Shown here one piece after another: positions 1 through 10,187 of a DNA stretch of 64,000 bases. Under the pieces are notes generated by a model. It ran no database searches. It was not told the DNA's origin and saw only the letters and a program-made list of their open reading frames with translations. Source of the DNA: a virus. The translations under genes and the position numbers were made by a program. Where the stretch lies: the IMG/VR virus record IMGVR_UViG_3300009431_000004; one strand, given 5' to 3'. Numbering within the stretch: the stretch's first letter is position 1; each line of letters starts with the position of its first letter.

Positions 1-1
1 T

Positions 2-1204
2 GCCAATCCATCGGCCTGCCGTGCCACCAAGCTCGTCAATCCTGATGCCCATCCGGGCCGGACCCCAATCCACAACGGCGGGGTCGCCCACTTCGCCACA
101 GAGACGGCCCGTGGTGGTGAACGAGGGCTTCGGAACCGGGAGCTGCGGCATCTGGATGTAGTCGTCGTCGGCAGCCTTGGTGCCGTCGGCGGGGACGGGG
201 ATGCCATCCTCGAAGAAGGGATTGGCCGTCCACTCGTGGTAGGGGTACTGGTTGTCCGCGTTGAGCGACCGCTCCGGCGGGATGACCACGAAGGTCTTGG
301 ACTCCGTGGGGTTGCCCGAGTCCGGCACTGCGAGGCACCGGGTGGCCTTCGGCTCAAGGAACATGATTTGCCGACAACAATGCTCTTGTCCGGGGACGAG
401 TGCAGGGAACTCGAAGTAGTCACGGGGTGGTTTGGCGGGGTCGAGCGTGACGGTGTTGCCCGTGATGTCGGTGACGCGGAAGATTTCCTGCTTCGAGTGG
501 TCCGTGAGAGGAACGATGTTGACGAATCCACCTGCGCTGGGGTTGACATACCCGTCACCCAACCCGCCGTCACCAGCGATGGCAGGACCGGCCAGTGCGC
601 CTTCCTCGCCCGTCTGGGTGAACACGACGTACAGTCCGCAGGGGAAGCGAGCCTCCCAGTCGGAACCGTCGAACCCGTAGTAATCGGGGAAAACGTAAGG
701 GATGACAGGCAGCGGCGGACCCGGAGGGGAGGCAATGCTGTACGCCTCCGAGGGGCAGATAATCATGCGTAGCCCGGTGGCCGGGACGTTATCGAAAAGC
801 ACCCATTGGATATTCGTGTGCCAGTTCTTGAGGGTCGGGCCGACGACAGCGAAGGAGATGGGATGGCCCAGCAGGGAGCCGCCCTTGGAGCCGAAGCGGT
901 TGGTCCCGTGCGCGTAAGGGGCGAAGTTGATTTCCTGCATCCCGAGACGCCCGAGCATGTACGGGACCGTCTGGACTGCGTTGGGGCCGAGGGACTGCTG
1001 GTCATCCTCGGTGGCGATGGGGAAACCACCCCACTGTCCAGCCCATGAGCCACCGAGGCCCTGCGTCACGAGGGCCGCCTGAGCCACCTTCCCGGTGGGG
1101 ACGGTCGTGAGCCGGGACAACTTCTCTTGCCATGGCTCGCGGCCTGATTGCGTCGTGCTGGTCAGCCGGTTGGCTCCCAACGTCTCGTTCGGGTCTTCAG
1201 GCAT
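2..1204 (-). CDS. Virion structural (tail fibre/baseplate-associated) protein, 3'-truncated by the window edge
   Basis: Absent from the ORF track because it has no stop. ATG at 1204 follows GGAG and reads MPEDPNETLGANRLTSTTQSGREPWQEKL..., apparently open to position 2. Same Pro/Gly/Asp-rich style as its neighbours. Preceded by the late promoter motif. Confidence 0.75.
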   Translation of the reverse strand, partial: MPEDPNETLGANRLTSTTQSGREPWQEKLSRLTTVPTGKVAQAALVTQGLGGSWAGQWGGFPIATEDDQQSLGPNAVQTVPYMLGRLGMQEINFAPYAHGTNRFGSKGGSLLGHPISFAVVGPTLKNWHTNIQWVLFDNVPATGLRMIICPSEAYSIASPPGPPLPVIPYVFPDYYGFDGSDWEARFPCGLYVVFTQTGEEGALAGPAIAGDGGLGDGYVNPSAGGFVNIVPLTDHSKQEIFRVTDITGNTVTLDPAKPPRDYFEFPALVPGQEHCCRQIMFLEPKATRCLAVPDSGNPTESKTFVVIPPERSLNADNQYPYHEWTANPFFEDGIPVPADGTKAADDDYIQMPQLPVPKPSFTTTGRLCGEVGDPAVVDWGPARMGIRIDELGGTAGRWIG

Positions 1205-1220
1205 CTTTCTCTCCTGCCGT

Positions 1221-1251
1221 CTAATTCAGCAGATTTATAGTCTCTCCACCG
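1221..1251 (-). promoter_or_regulatory. Putative phage late promoter, copy 1
   Basis: CGGT-GGAGAGA-CTAT-N12-TTAG in the 48-nt intergenic gap. Confidence 0.7.
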
Positions 1252-1252
1252 A

Positions 1253-4200
1253 CTACGTGGTCACTGGCGGGGTCGGCAATGCCGCCTTCTCGCTCTCCCG
1301 GATGATTTGGATTCCCGAAATGCCCCGCACATTGTACGGACTGATACCGGGGCCGGTTGTCCCGGTCCAAGCGGGGTCGATGCGCTCGTGCCAGAAGTCG
1401 AAGTTCGTGGACTGCGAGGTAGCCCCGTCCTTCATGATGACCTTCACCAGAATCGGGACCGTTCCGTCGGCACTGGCTTGAAGGGTCGCCGCAGGTCCGA
1501 CGTTCGCCCGGACCTGACAGTAGACTTGACCCGTGTGTTGGTCGTAGTAGTCGTAGGTGTACTCGCCCAACACCCTGCATCCCGCGCCGTCTCGCACCGG
1601 GTCTTGCTTGCTCGGGCCGCCGCCATCGTTGCGCCCGAGGTCCATCCACGTCGTCAGCCCCGGCACCTTGACCATGATGGCGATGCCGTGAGTTGGATGG
1701 CCCGGACCCGGAGCTGCGTAGCCGAACTCGTTGTACTTCAGGCCGTCGATGCGGAAGGTCACGAGGGCGGACCCCACCACGTCCTCGTCTTCAGTGGCGT
1801 TCGAGAAGGCCACGTCGAAGCAGCGGACGTATTCCTTGTCCCCGGTCGTGGTGGAGTAATCCGATTGCGTGATGCCCTCACCGGCACCGGGCGCGTACCC
1901 GGCGGTGTAGTCCTCCTTGGGGTACATCAGGCGGCCAGCCGAGGGGGCCGCGTAGATAGCCCAGTCGGAAAGCGGCGGATTCCTGTCGGGCATCCCCGCC
2001 ACTTGAAGCTCGTCAAAGGTGTCCAGCACATCAACGGTTTCATGACGGTCCAGTTGCACCCACGAAGCCGTGTCCCATGGGGCAACCACGGTATGCCCGG
2101 CCCGCACGGGGACCTCGATGAGGCCCGCAGCCCAAGCCGCCATGCCCGGTCCACGGAGCTGGTCGCCACCTGCGGCGGCGTTTACCCCGGCGAAGTCCCT
2201 CGTGTAGCGGTACACCTCGTCGAGGAATCTCTCCTCTGTGTCCTTGCCCGCCGTCGCCAGCGAAGCGTAGGCCGGAGACACAGCGCCCGTGGTGAAGTTA
2301 CCGTAAGGAGCCGTTCCACCACCTGCGGTGGTGAAAGCGGTCGAGTGGAACAGAACCTCGCGTCCGTCGGTGGCGTCGAGCGCCTGCCCCGCCCCCGCTC
2401 CGCCTGCGGCCCAAGTGGGCTGGACCGTCTCCTGCCACGTCGCATGGGCCAGAGGGCGGCGCACGAAGGCACGGGGCCGTGCATTGATGGTGAAGGCCGG
2501 GTAGCCGTCGTCCCCGTCCGGGACGATGGTTTCCCCACCTGCGAGCTGGATGGTCAGGTTGTCCCCGAACAGCGGCCCGACGACTTCGCTGAAAGCTCCC
2601 AGATGCGTGTAGGGGAACTCAATGCGCTGGGGTCGCACACCTCGGGCGTCCGTGAAGCCGGGCGTCACCGTCATGGTGGGGACTCCGGCCACGTCGTCGT
2701 AAGAGAAATGACCGAGGTACAGGAGTGCCGGGTCCGGGCTGCTCACCTGCGCGGGTGGCACGTCCCCCGTGGACATGGGGTTGTCGTCCGTCCTGTAAAC
2801 CTCGGTCCATGGGTCTGCTACCCCGCCACCTGTCACAACAGCAGTCAGGGTGTCGATACTGAAGGCGGGGGCAGCGGTGACAGCATCGTTCGGGATGAAG
2901 TAAGTCACGCCGGAGCAGGCCATGAACTCGCCGCCCGTCCCCGCGTCTGCCCACATCCATGTGTGGGTCGTGAAAACGATGTCGTCCTGATGGTCCTCGT
3001 CGGCCACGTAGATGGACGACCTGTTCAGGAAGTACCCGAGAGACTTGTAGCCGTACTGGGGAGCCATGTGGGGGTTGACCCCGGTGCCGTCGTCCTCGTT
3101 GACGAGGTTCCCGTAGTCCTCGATGGCACCCGCGTTCGGGTAGGCCCCGTACAGTTCGTATCCGTCGGTCGCGTCCCACGGCATGATGCCGTCACGGACG
3201 AACTTCTCGAAGTCCTCTTCCTGCTTGAAGTGGAAGAACCAGTAGGTCCCCTTGGCCCCCTTGGTGTCCGAGTCCAGCACGTAGAACGAGTGCCGGTACT
3301 TGGCCAGTTGCCAGAGCCATGCGTCCTGAAGGAAGGGCATGTTGAAGGGTGCTTCGTCCACCCCTTCCTGAACTGTCCCTCCTGCGTCTGCCGGACCTTC
3401 GACGTTGATGTCCGTCCCCCATGTGTAGCCGCCTGCATTTCGCAGCACCCAGACTCCGGGTTCGATTTCTTCCACCATGGAGTCATCGCCGTTATCGAAC
3501 GGCTCCTCTACGAAGAAGTACCGGGCCGTCTCCTTGGTCGTCAGGGGGTCGATGCCCCTCGGGGTGAACCGGATGCCGGTCCGCCGGGAGTAAGAGGCCA
3601 TGACCGGGAGCCGGTACGAGAAGAAGTTGCTCGTTTCGAGGAAGGTCAACCCGATGGCGTAAACGCCGTCCACCATGCCAGCGTGGATGGTGTAGTCCTC
3701 GTAGGCGTTCGGCCCTGCCCCCAGAATCGGGATGCCGTAGGGCAGCTTGGGGGGTTCCCCACAGATGGCTTCTGCCACGGTCCCCAGCCGGACTTGGCCC
3801 GGTGCCGGGATTTCCGAGTTGGGGTGGCGGGGAGCGCCCACGTTGCCGTCGCCGTCAAAGTCGTTCCACGGAGGAGGGAGTTGCTCCGGCGCGATAGTGG
3901 AGACTCCCGTGAAGATTTCATCGAGGTTGTACTGACCCGTTGCCTGACCGGGATAGGCCATGGGGTCGTAGTTGCCGTTCTCGTCCGTCCCTACCGCGAA
4001 AATACCTCCGGGGTCGCCGTCACAGACGAGGGGAGCGCCGATGGACTCATCCCAGCGAATACAGTCACCACCCGTGATGCCTTGGCCCAGCAGGATGGCG
4101 GCCACCACGCGGTCCAGCAGGTCCTCTGCGAGAAAGTCCGCCACGTCGCCATTGTGAGGCCAGCGGATGAGGGCCAGCACACCCCGGTCCGCCGGGAAGA

Positions 4201-4981
4201 TGTTGCCAACCATGCAGGCGGGGAAGTGGTCCGGTCCCGGTCCGACGCTGCCCGGAGGCTGAAGAGGGAGCGCCGCAGTCGTCCGCCGCACAGCGTCGCC
4301 TACATCGGTGAAAGCTCCGGCGTAGGCTTCGCCTTGGCCTCCACCCCGAACCGTGCTGACATTCCAGACTTCGAGGTCCCTGCTCTCAAGGCTGCCGCCT
4401 CGCAAGTCCTCCCCGGCAGCCGGTTCGGTATCCAGAGTGTCGTACTCCGGCTCCTCTTGCCAGATGCCGTTGAAGTTGAGAGTCGGGGCAGTCGCCGCGA
4501 AGAAGTAGGGGTACACATCGTCCGGGTTGTTCATGGCGGGAGGGTACTCGTAGGGGTCCTCCGAAACTCCGGGGACCAAGTTACGCTCTACGAGGTTCGA
4601 GTCCCCCAAGTCCAGCATCCCCCAGACTGGGACGGTACTCCACAGCCGGTCAAGCCGCAGGATGCCGTTCATGGTCGGCTGAGGAGGCATCCCCGAGGTC
4701 AGCCCGTCAAGGCTCTGCTCCACGTTCCGGGAGCCGAGCAGGAGGTCCGGGAAAGGAGAGACACTGATGGCCGAGGCCGGGTGAGCGCCCGACGGGTCGT
4801 GGATGTGAGCGTCCAGTCCGGCCAGCCCACCGGCCCCGCCTTCGGGCTTGGGGCCGTCGTACTCGGGATACCCGATGGTCGGGCTGCCGGGGACTACGCC
4901 ACCGAGGCTGTAAGGGCTTTCTGCCGGGACCGTCTTACCGGAGCCGGTTCTGATGCTACCGGGGTCTACCTTACGAGGCAT
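1253..4981 (-). CDS. Large tail fibre/virion structural protein (1242 aa)
   Basis: Long ORF with RBS. N-terminal AHIHDPSGAHPASAIS...NVEQSLDGL motif typical of phage fibre/spike shafts. Position in the tail module. Confidence 0.65.
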   Translation of the reverse strand: MPRKVDPGSIRTGSGKTVPAESPYSLGGVVPGSPTIGYPEYDGPKPEGGAGGLAGLDAHIHDPSGAHPASAISVSPFPDLLLGSRNVEQSLDGLTSGMPPQPTMNGILRLDRLWSTVPVWGMLDLGDSNLVERNLVPGVSEDPYEYPPAMNNPDDVYPYFFAATAPTLNFNGIWQEEPEYDTLDTEPAAGEDLRGGSLESRDLEVWNVSTVRGGGQGEAYAGAFTDVGDAVRRTTAALPLQPPGSVGPGPDHFPACMVGNIFPADRGVLALIRWPHNGDVADFLAEDLLDRVVAAILLGQGITGGDCIRWDESIGAPLVCDGDPGGIFAVGTDENGNYDPMAYPGQATGQYNLDEIFTGVSTIAPEQLPPPWNDFDGDGNVGAPRHPNSEIPAPGQVRLGTVAEAICGEPPKLPYGIPILGAGPNAYEDYTIHAGMVDGVYAIGLTFLETSNFFSYRLPVMASYSRRTGIRFTPRGIDPLTTKETARYFFVEEPFDNGDDSMVEEIEPGVWVLRNAGGYTWGTDINVEGPADAGGTVQEGVDEAPFNMPFLQDAWLWQLAKYRHSFYVLDSDTKGAKGTYWFFHFKQEEDFEKFVRDGIMPWDATDGYELYGAYPNAGAIEDYGNLVNEDDGTGVNPHMAPQYGYKSLGYFLNRSSIYVADEDHQDDIVFTTHTWMWADAGTGGEFMACSGVTYFIPNDAVTAAPAFSIDTLTAVVTGGGVADPWTEVYRTDDNPMSTGDVPPAQVSSPDPALLYLGHFSYDDVAGVPTMTVTPGFTDARGVRPQRIEFPYTHLGAFSEVVGPLFGDNLTIQLAGGETIVPDGDDGYPAFTINARPRAFVRRPLAHATWQETVQPTWAAGGAGAGQALDATDGREVLFHSTAFTTAGGGTAPYGNFTTGAVSPAYASLATAGKDTEERFLDEVYRYTRDFAGVNAAAGGDQLRGPGMAAWAAGLIEVPVRAGHTVVAPWDTASWVQLDRHETVDVLDTFDELQVAGMPDRNPPLSDWAIYAAPSAGRLMYPKEDYTAGYAPGAGEGITQSDYSTTTGDKEYVRCFDVAFSNATEDEDVVGSALVTFRIDGLKYNEFGYAAPGPGHPTHGIAIMVKVPGLTTWMDLGRNDGGGPSKQDPVRDGAGCRVLGEYTYDYYDQHTGQVYCQVRANVGPAATLQASADGTVPILVKVIMKDGATSQSTNFDFWHERIDPAWTGTTGPGISPYNVRGISGIQIIRESEKAALPTPPVTT

Positions 4982-4992
4982 CTCAGTCTCCC

Positions 4993-7900
4993 TCAGTCAC
5001 ACTGTCTATCACCCACAACACACAGGAGGTTGCGGGTCCGGTACACGGCAGCGGCGGTCCGGTTGTCCGTGTCGGTGAACCGGACGTTGTTCTCGTCGTC
5101 CAGCTCTGCGTGACGGCTCAGAACGATGAGCAGCAGCTCGTTCTTGCGGAACAGCAACCCTCCCGTGATGCCGGGGAGGTCTTCCACGGCCCTTGCGAGG
5201 AACGGGAAGAACACCTTGTGCCTTGTTGACCCGAAGAGAGGCTGGGACATGATGGTCGGGCGGTATGCCTCATCGTCCACGAACGGGTAGTAGGCACGGA
5301 ACTCCGCGTCTTTCCTCGGCTTCTGCTCGTTGGTCGTCCCACCGATTGAAAGAACATCCTGCCCGTCCGCCTGCACGAATGGGTGCAACGCGAGCAGGCC
5401 GGTCTGTGCGTCAAAGTCGTCGATGGTGATGTCGGCGGTGGCACAGTAGAACCACTCCTGCGTGGTTCCTGCCACTTGGTCCACGATGTTCAGGGGAGAG
5501 CCGTCGTTGATGGCAATCTGGTCCAGCGGCCCGGTGTAGGGGTAGCCCATGTCCACGGACCCCATACCTACCTGCCCGGTCCAGAGGTTCGGGCTGCCGT
5601 AGAGGGGTTCGACCGGCAGGGTCGTCGGCAGCACACCGTCATCCGTCGTCCCGATGGCCCCTTCCTTCACGCCCGCCGTCTGCGGGACGTTCGAGCGGAA
5701 GTAGATGGAGAGCTGGTAGCCTCCGCCCATCGCCCCGTAGTTGGGGATGGCGTCCTGCGGGAAATACTGGACCCTCGTCAAGCACTGCTGCGCCGAGAGT
5801 GTCTGCGCGAGGACGAGCTTGCGTGTGCTGCACCCGTACTCGGTCAAGGTGTCGTCCACCGTGCGTCCCACTGCCGCTACGAGGTCCGTCACCACTGGGG
5901 GAGTGCCTTCGAGGCCATAGAGCCTTCGGGGCGGGAACAGCTCGGTCGTGGCCCGGCTGACGATGGTTTCATCCACCGGGACTCCGGGCTGCTGGCCTGC
6001 GGGGTTGTGGACCTGCGTGTTGTTCGGGACGTACTCCAACGCGACTTCACGGTAGCCTTCCCGGAATTCCGGTGCGAGCAAGTCCTCGAAGTCGTTGGGG
6101 CGCTGGGCCGGGGCATCCTCGATGACCGGGCCGGGGCCAGCAGGCCCGACTCCCCCGTCGTAGACCACAGAATCAGGAACGACCTCGTGGTCCGGGGTGT
6201 CCGTCGTGCCGTTGTCCCCGATGGGATAGGTCAGTTCGACCTCGACGAAGATACGGCGGTCGGACCCGACATGAGGCCCGGCAGCCCGACCCACCATCTG
6301 GTAGTCCGGGTTGGCGGGGTCGCCCCCGTTCACCACCCGGTCGTTGAGGTCCAGCTCCATGTAGAGGTGCCGCGTGCCGAGTCCCTCGATGAGGAGCGGC
6401 TCGACCTGCTGGGGGACCGGGGTGCCGTAGTGGCCGTCGTCATGCCACACGGACAGCACGTCCGAGATGACCGTCCCCAACGGCGCGAAATGGGAGACGG
6501 CTGGGTCGGGAAGACCCACACCCGAGGTGCCTCCTCCGTCCTGACCCTGAAAGACTCCCCCGAGGGTCGTCGCGTCGAAGTGTTCGAGGTCGATGTGAAG
6601 GGCGTCCTCGAAGTACCACGAGTCAGCGGGGGAACCTCCGGCTTTCTCGACGTACTTCCCTGTGTTGACCGTGCCGGGAGCCACAACCGGGCCGACTTCG
6701 CGGTCGCCGGGATAGAAGGAGAACACCACCCGTTCACAGACACCCTGCGAGCCGAAGCGACGGCAGCAGTGGTCGAAGTTGCGGATGAACTCCCCACGTT
6801 CGGTATCCCCGGAGATGGGCGGAGCGCCGTCGGCTCCGCGCCCCACCTCGTTGCACACGAGATAGCGGGTCGAGACATCCCCGGAGTCGCCTCCCATGAC
6901 CTGCTTCGAGGCGATGTCCACCTGCCACGTCCGCAGGCTGCCATCGAGGAGGGACTGCATCTGGTACTGAAGCTGCCCGGCGAAGTCGTGGCCGGGGAAG
7001 GCGATGTGTCGCCGGAGGTCCAGCAGGTTGTTCTGGGTGATGACATCCGCGAACTCGCCGTCAGGCCGGTCCGACCTCCCCGCCGGGATGGGGCCGAGGG
7101 GTCCGTTATAGCCCGTGTGCTGGTAGAGCGGCGCTCCGTTGGTGTTGGCCAGCGGGTCAAAGCCCTTGAAGCCCAAGGGGGGACTCGAAACATCGTTGTG
7201 CCGGAACACGAAGCCCAGCGGGATGGCGTAGACGTAACCGTCCAGCGTCCCGAGGTCTGCCGTGGACTGGTCGGAACCATCTCCGGCGACCCAGAGGCCA
7301 GTGTCTTCCAGCCCATAGGTCGCGGCAGAGGAGTTGCCCCAAACCGAAGCCTCGTCCGCCGGGACGAAAGGATAGAAGCGCCCACCACCGACATTGGCTG
7401 CCGAAGCCGGGTTGGACCGGGCGGCCTGTGCGTACACGGTCGGGGTGCTGGGCGGCCCCAGATTCAGGTTCGAGAACCCGTCGGGATGCTTCTTGTAGTT
7501 GACGGCCTCGTCGGTCCCCGTATGCCGGATGCGGTACTGGACCTGCACCCGCTGGGAGGACTCGGTGTTGACCACCGGGTCCATGAGGGTGTCCGGGAGA
7601 GCCGCGATGAGGGGGGAATCGACGTTGCCGTGACGGTAGATGTGAGTCTGGTCCGGCTTGTTGGGCCGGTCCTCGCCTCCCGTGAAAGTCGCGCCGGATG
7701 CGGCCAGAGAGCCAATAACCGCCGTGGCCACTGCGAGCGTAATGAGGTTGCCCGCCACTCCGGGGGTGACGGCCTCGATAGTCACGATGTCGGTGTTGGC
7801 CCGCGCCGCCACAAAGGTATGGAAGGAGTTGGCCGCGTCGTTGAGGGCGTCCGCGATGTTGACCGCCGTCGCGGACTCGCTGGCCCCGATGGCGAACTCA

Positions 7901-8604
7901 TCCACACCCGGAACGCCGACCACTGCTGTCAGGACGACTCCGTTGATGGTGATGGTATCGCCAGCCGCGAGGTCGGCGTTCGACGCCACCTGCACGGCCC
8001 CGGTTGCTTTCACGCTTGGGGCGACGAGCGTGACCCAGACTTCGAGGAACAGAAAGTCCGTGCGCTTGATGGAGGCTTCGGTCCCGTCGTACAACCGGGG
8101 TGGGTCGAGGACGACAAGATTCCAGCCCGTCGTCCGGGTGTTGGTGTATTCCACGACCACGGGCCATCCGGCCACCATGGCTTCCAGACGAGGGAGCAGA
8201 ACTGCGTCGATGATGGTGCGGTCCGACAGGATATGGTCGCCACCGCCGATGGAGCCGGGGCCAAGCGAGCCGATGGAACCGACCGACCCTCCCCCGCCGC
8301 TGTCGTCCACCACCTCAACCGGCGCTGATTCCAATGTGTAGTCGCAATACACATCGTACCGGCTCTGGCCCCGGAGCCACCCAGACGGGGCTTGCCAGCG
8401 GCGCAGCAGATAGTTCTGCCACCACGCGGCATCCTGCCCGAGCTGAAGCTCAGAATCGAGGACCGGCTTGCCCGACTGCCAGACGACATCGGTGTAAGCC
8501 CTGTCCCCGGTTTTGAGGTTCCGGGACACAGTGTTCGGAGTGTAGCCGACGCTGGTAGCGTCGCCCAACTCGTCATAATTCCTGTCGCGGTCCTTTACAG
8601 CCAT
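4993..8604 (-). CDS. Baseplate-attached tail fibre/structural protein (1203 aa), DUF4815/DUF6519-like N-terminus
   Basis: N-terminal VVWQSGKPVLDSELQLGQD resembles the VxxQxGxPxLDxE motif of baseplate-docking domains. Internal beta module GDTITINGVVLTA...ATAVNIADALN. Confidence 0.65.
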   Translation of the reverse strand: MAVKDRDRNYDELGDATSVGYTPNTVSRNLKTGDRAYTDVVWQSGKPVLDSELQLGQDAAWWQNYLLRRWQAPSGWLRGQSRYDVYCDYTLESAPVEVVDDSGGGGSVGSIGSLGPGSIGGGDHILSDRTIIDAVLLPRLEAMVAGWPVVVEYTNTRTTGWNLVVLDPPRLYDGTEASIKRTDFLFLEVWVTLVAPSVKATGAVQVASNADLAAGDTITINGVVLTAVVGVPGVDEFAIGASESATAVNIADALNDAANSFHTFVAARANTDIVTIEAVTPGVAGNLITLAVATAVIGSLAASGATFTGGEDRPNKPDQTHIYRHGNVDSPLIAALPDTLMDPVVNTESSQRVQVQYRIRHTGTDEAVNYKKHPDGFSNLNLGPPSTPTVYAQAARSNPASAANVGGGRFYPFVPADEASVWGNSSAATYGLEDTGLWVAGDGSDQSTADLGTLDGYVYAIPLGFVFRHNDVSSPPLGFKGFDPLANTNGAPLYQHTGYNGPLGPIPAGRSDRPDGEFADVITQNNLLDLRRHIAFPGHDFAGQLQYQMQSLLDGSLRTWQVDIASKQVMGGDSGDVSTRYLVCNEVGRGADGAPPISGDTERGEFIRNFDHCCRRFGSQGVCERVVFSFYPGDREVGPVVAPGTVNTGKYVEKAGGSPADSWYFEDALHIDLEHFDATTLGGVFQGQDGGGTSGVGLPDPAVSHFAPLGTVISDVLSVWHDDGHYGTPVPQQVEPLLIEGLGTRHLYMELDLNDRVVNGGDPANPDYQMVGRAAGPHVGSDRRIFVEVELTYPIGDNGTTDTPDHEVVPDSVVYDGGVGPAGPGPVIEDAPAQRPNDFEDLLAPEFREGYREVALEYVPNNTQVHNPAGQQPGVPVDETIVSRATTELFPPRRLYGLEGTPPVVTDLVAAVGRTVDDTLTEYGCSTRKLVLAQTLSAQQCLTRVQYFPQDAIPNYGAMGGGYQLSIYFRSNVPQTAGVKEGAIGTTDDGVLPTTLPVEPLYGSPNLWTGQVGMGSVDMGYPYTGPLDQIAINDGSPLNIVDQVAGTTQEWFYCATADITIDDFDAQTGLLALHPFVQADGQDVLSIGGTTNEQKPRKDAEFRAYYPFVDDEAYRPTIMSQPLFGSTRHKVFFPFLARAVEDLPGITGGLLFRKNELLLIVLSRHAELDDENNVRFTDTDNRTAAAVYRTRNLLCVVGDRQCD

Positions 8605-8629
8605 GCGTCGCGTCCTCGTAGCCTTGCCG

Positions 8630-9454
8630 TCATGTGCGCCTCACGTCCGGGTCCACCCCTCTCCGCTCCCACTGGGGGATGAGCGGAGAATAGATGCCCT
8701 CCATGGCCCTCCACAGAGTGCTGTTCAGGCACACCGTGGAAACCTTGGTCCCGGTTTGGCCCTCGAATTGGGCCAGCCGAGTGGCCAGAGACTTCGGCAA
8801 GAAGCCTGTGCGCCTGCTCCATCCGACCACTTCCACCCATCCCGAGGGGACCAGTTCCCACAGCGGTCTGAGCAACCGAAACGACGGCACCCAGTCGAGT
8901 CCGACCACACTGGGGCGGTACTCGTATGGGACGCCCTCCCGAAGAAGGACTCGGGCGAAGTTCGCCTCCATCAAGGAACGGCAAGCGTGCGGTATGTCCG
9001 GTCGCCTGCCTCCTCTGGCACGCCCACCGTGCGTCCGGTAGCGTCTGGGGGAGAACCCGTCCGTCGATTCCCTCCGCACCTTGGTCTTTCCCGTACAACC
9101 CCGGCTGATGGCGTCCCGATGTTCATCCGTCAGGGACTTGCCCGTCCACGGGGCGGACAGCTTCATTCTCTCCGACTGGGCCTTCCTCTCTTGGGCGGAC
9201 CCCCACCGCTTGCTCGCGGCTGCGGCTTGCTTCCTCCGGCAATCCTGTGAACGGCTCCTGCTGGCCGGTGCATCCGTCAAGGCTCCGGGGAACCGAGCAA
9301 GGTAGTTGGCCGGAGAGATGTCGTGTGCGGCTCTCAGGTGCCTCCCAAGCTGCTTCCTCTCGGCCCCGCAGATGCGGCAGGACACCACGGACGGAGCCTG
9401 ACCAACCACGTTACTGCCGATACCCTCTCGGGCGTTGGACGCGGAAGCCTGCAT
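8630..9454 (-). CDS. Homing endonuclease-like protein (Zn finger + NUMOD3-like + degenerate PD-(D/E)xK), 274 aa
   Basis: ATG overlaps the upstream TGA. Contains CRICG..QLGRHLRAAH (Zn finger), GKSLTDEHRDAISRG (NUMOD3-like) and RSLMEANFARVL..YEY..PSF..VEVVGW (nuclease fold with altered catalytic residues). Confidence 0.7.
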   Translation of the reverse strand: MQASASNAREGIGSNVVGQAPSVVSCRICGAERKQLGRHLRAAHDISPANYLARFPGALTDAPASRSRSQDCRRKQAAAASKRWGSAQERKAQSERMKLSAPWTGKSLTDEHRDAISRGCTGKTKVRRESTDGFSPRRYRTHGGRARGGRRPDIPHACRSLMEANFARVLLREGVPYEYRPSVVGLDWVPSFRLLRPLWELVPSGWVEVVGWSRRTGFLPKSLATRLAQFEGQTGTKVSTVCLNSTLWRAMEGIYSPLIPQWERRGVDPDVRRT

Positions 9455-10128
9455 CAGAAGGTGAGCCTCCACGTTATGCTGAGGACAGCGGTTGACGGTT
9501 TCGTGATGACCGAGAAAGTCAGGTAGTTGGCCAGAATGTCGTGTCCGGTCACGTCGATGGTCGGGTCGTAGGTGGGAGTGGGGGTTCCCGGCCCGTTGTC
9601 GATGGGATTCCGGGTGGCCGGGGAGAGGGAGTAGGTGTTCATCAGGCCCATCTCATTGAGCGGCCCGACTGCTTCGCCTTCCCCGAAGGTGGTGGTGAAG
9701 TCCACGATGTTCGTGGGGTACGCCACGGCCACGCCATCGGCGTTGCGGAACTGCGTGGAGGAGAACGCCTTGCGGCCAATCTCCACTACGAGGCGACGCT
9801 GCTCCCGCTGCGGGGCATCCGGGGAGAGCAGGTTGCCCGGCGCTCCGGTCCCGACCCCGAGCATGATGAGGCCGTTGTTGCGGCCCGCCGTGGGCGTCTC
9901 GCTGTCCTTGAACAGCCGGGCAGCCAAGATGCCCGCATCGAGAGTGATGATGTTGTCCAGCTCGCGCTCGTCCAGCACTTCGCCGGTCCGGGCGTCAATC
10001 ATCTCGATGAACAGTTGCCCCTTCTTGGGTCCGCAGAGGAAGCTCTCAGGGAACACCCCAAGGTCGAGACAGGCCGCCTGCATGGCATCCCCGCCCATCT
10101 TTACACGGTCACGGAAGACTTGGGACAT
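9454..10128 (-). CDS. Tail-collar/fibre attachment protein (DUF3751-like), about 224 aa
   Basis: NIITLDAG..LGVGTG..FTTTFGEGEAVGPLNEMGL..ITKPSTAVLSITWRLTF pattern. ATG at 10128 follows GGAGAGGG. Confidence 0.65.
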   Translation of the reverse strand: MSQVFRDRVKMGGDAMQAACLDLGVFPESFLCGPKKGQLFIEMIDARTGEVLDERELDNIITLDAGILAARLFKDSETPTAGRNNGLIMLGVGTGAPGNLLSPDAPQREQRRLVVEIGRKAFSSTQFRNADGVAVAYPTNIVDFTTTFGEGEAVGPLNEMGLMNTYSLSPATRNPIDNGPGTPTPTYDPTIDVTGHDILANYLTFSVITKPSTAVLSITWRLTF

Positions 10129-10154
10129 ATCCCTCTCCAAATAAACCGCAGTTC

Positions 10155-10185
10155 CTACTTGTGCGCCGAGATAGGCGCTCTATTG
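10155..10185 (-). promoter_or_regulatory. Putative phage late promoter, copy 2
   Basis: CAAT-AGAGCGC-CTAT-N12-GTAG, intergenic. Confidence 0.65.
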
Positions 10186-10187
10186 AC

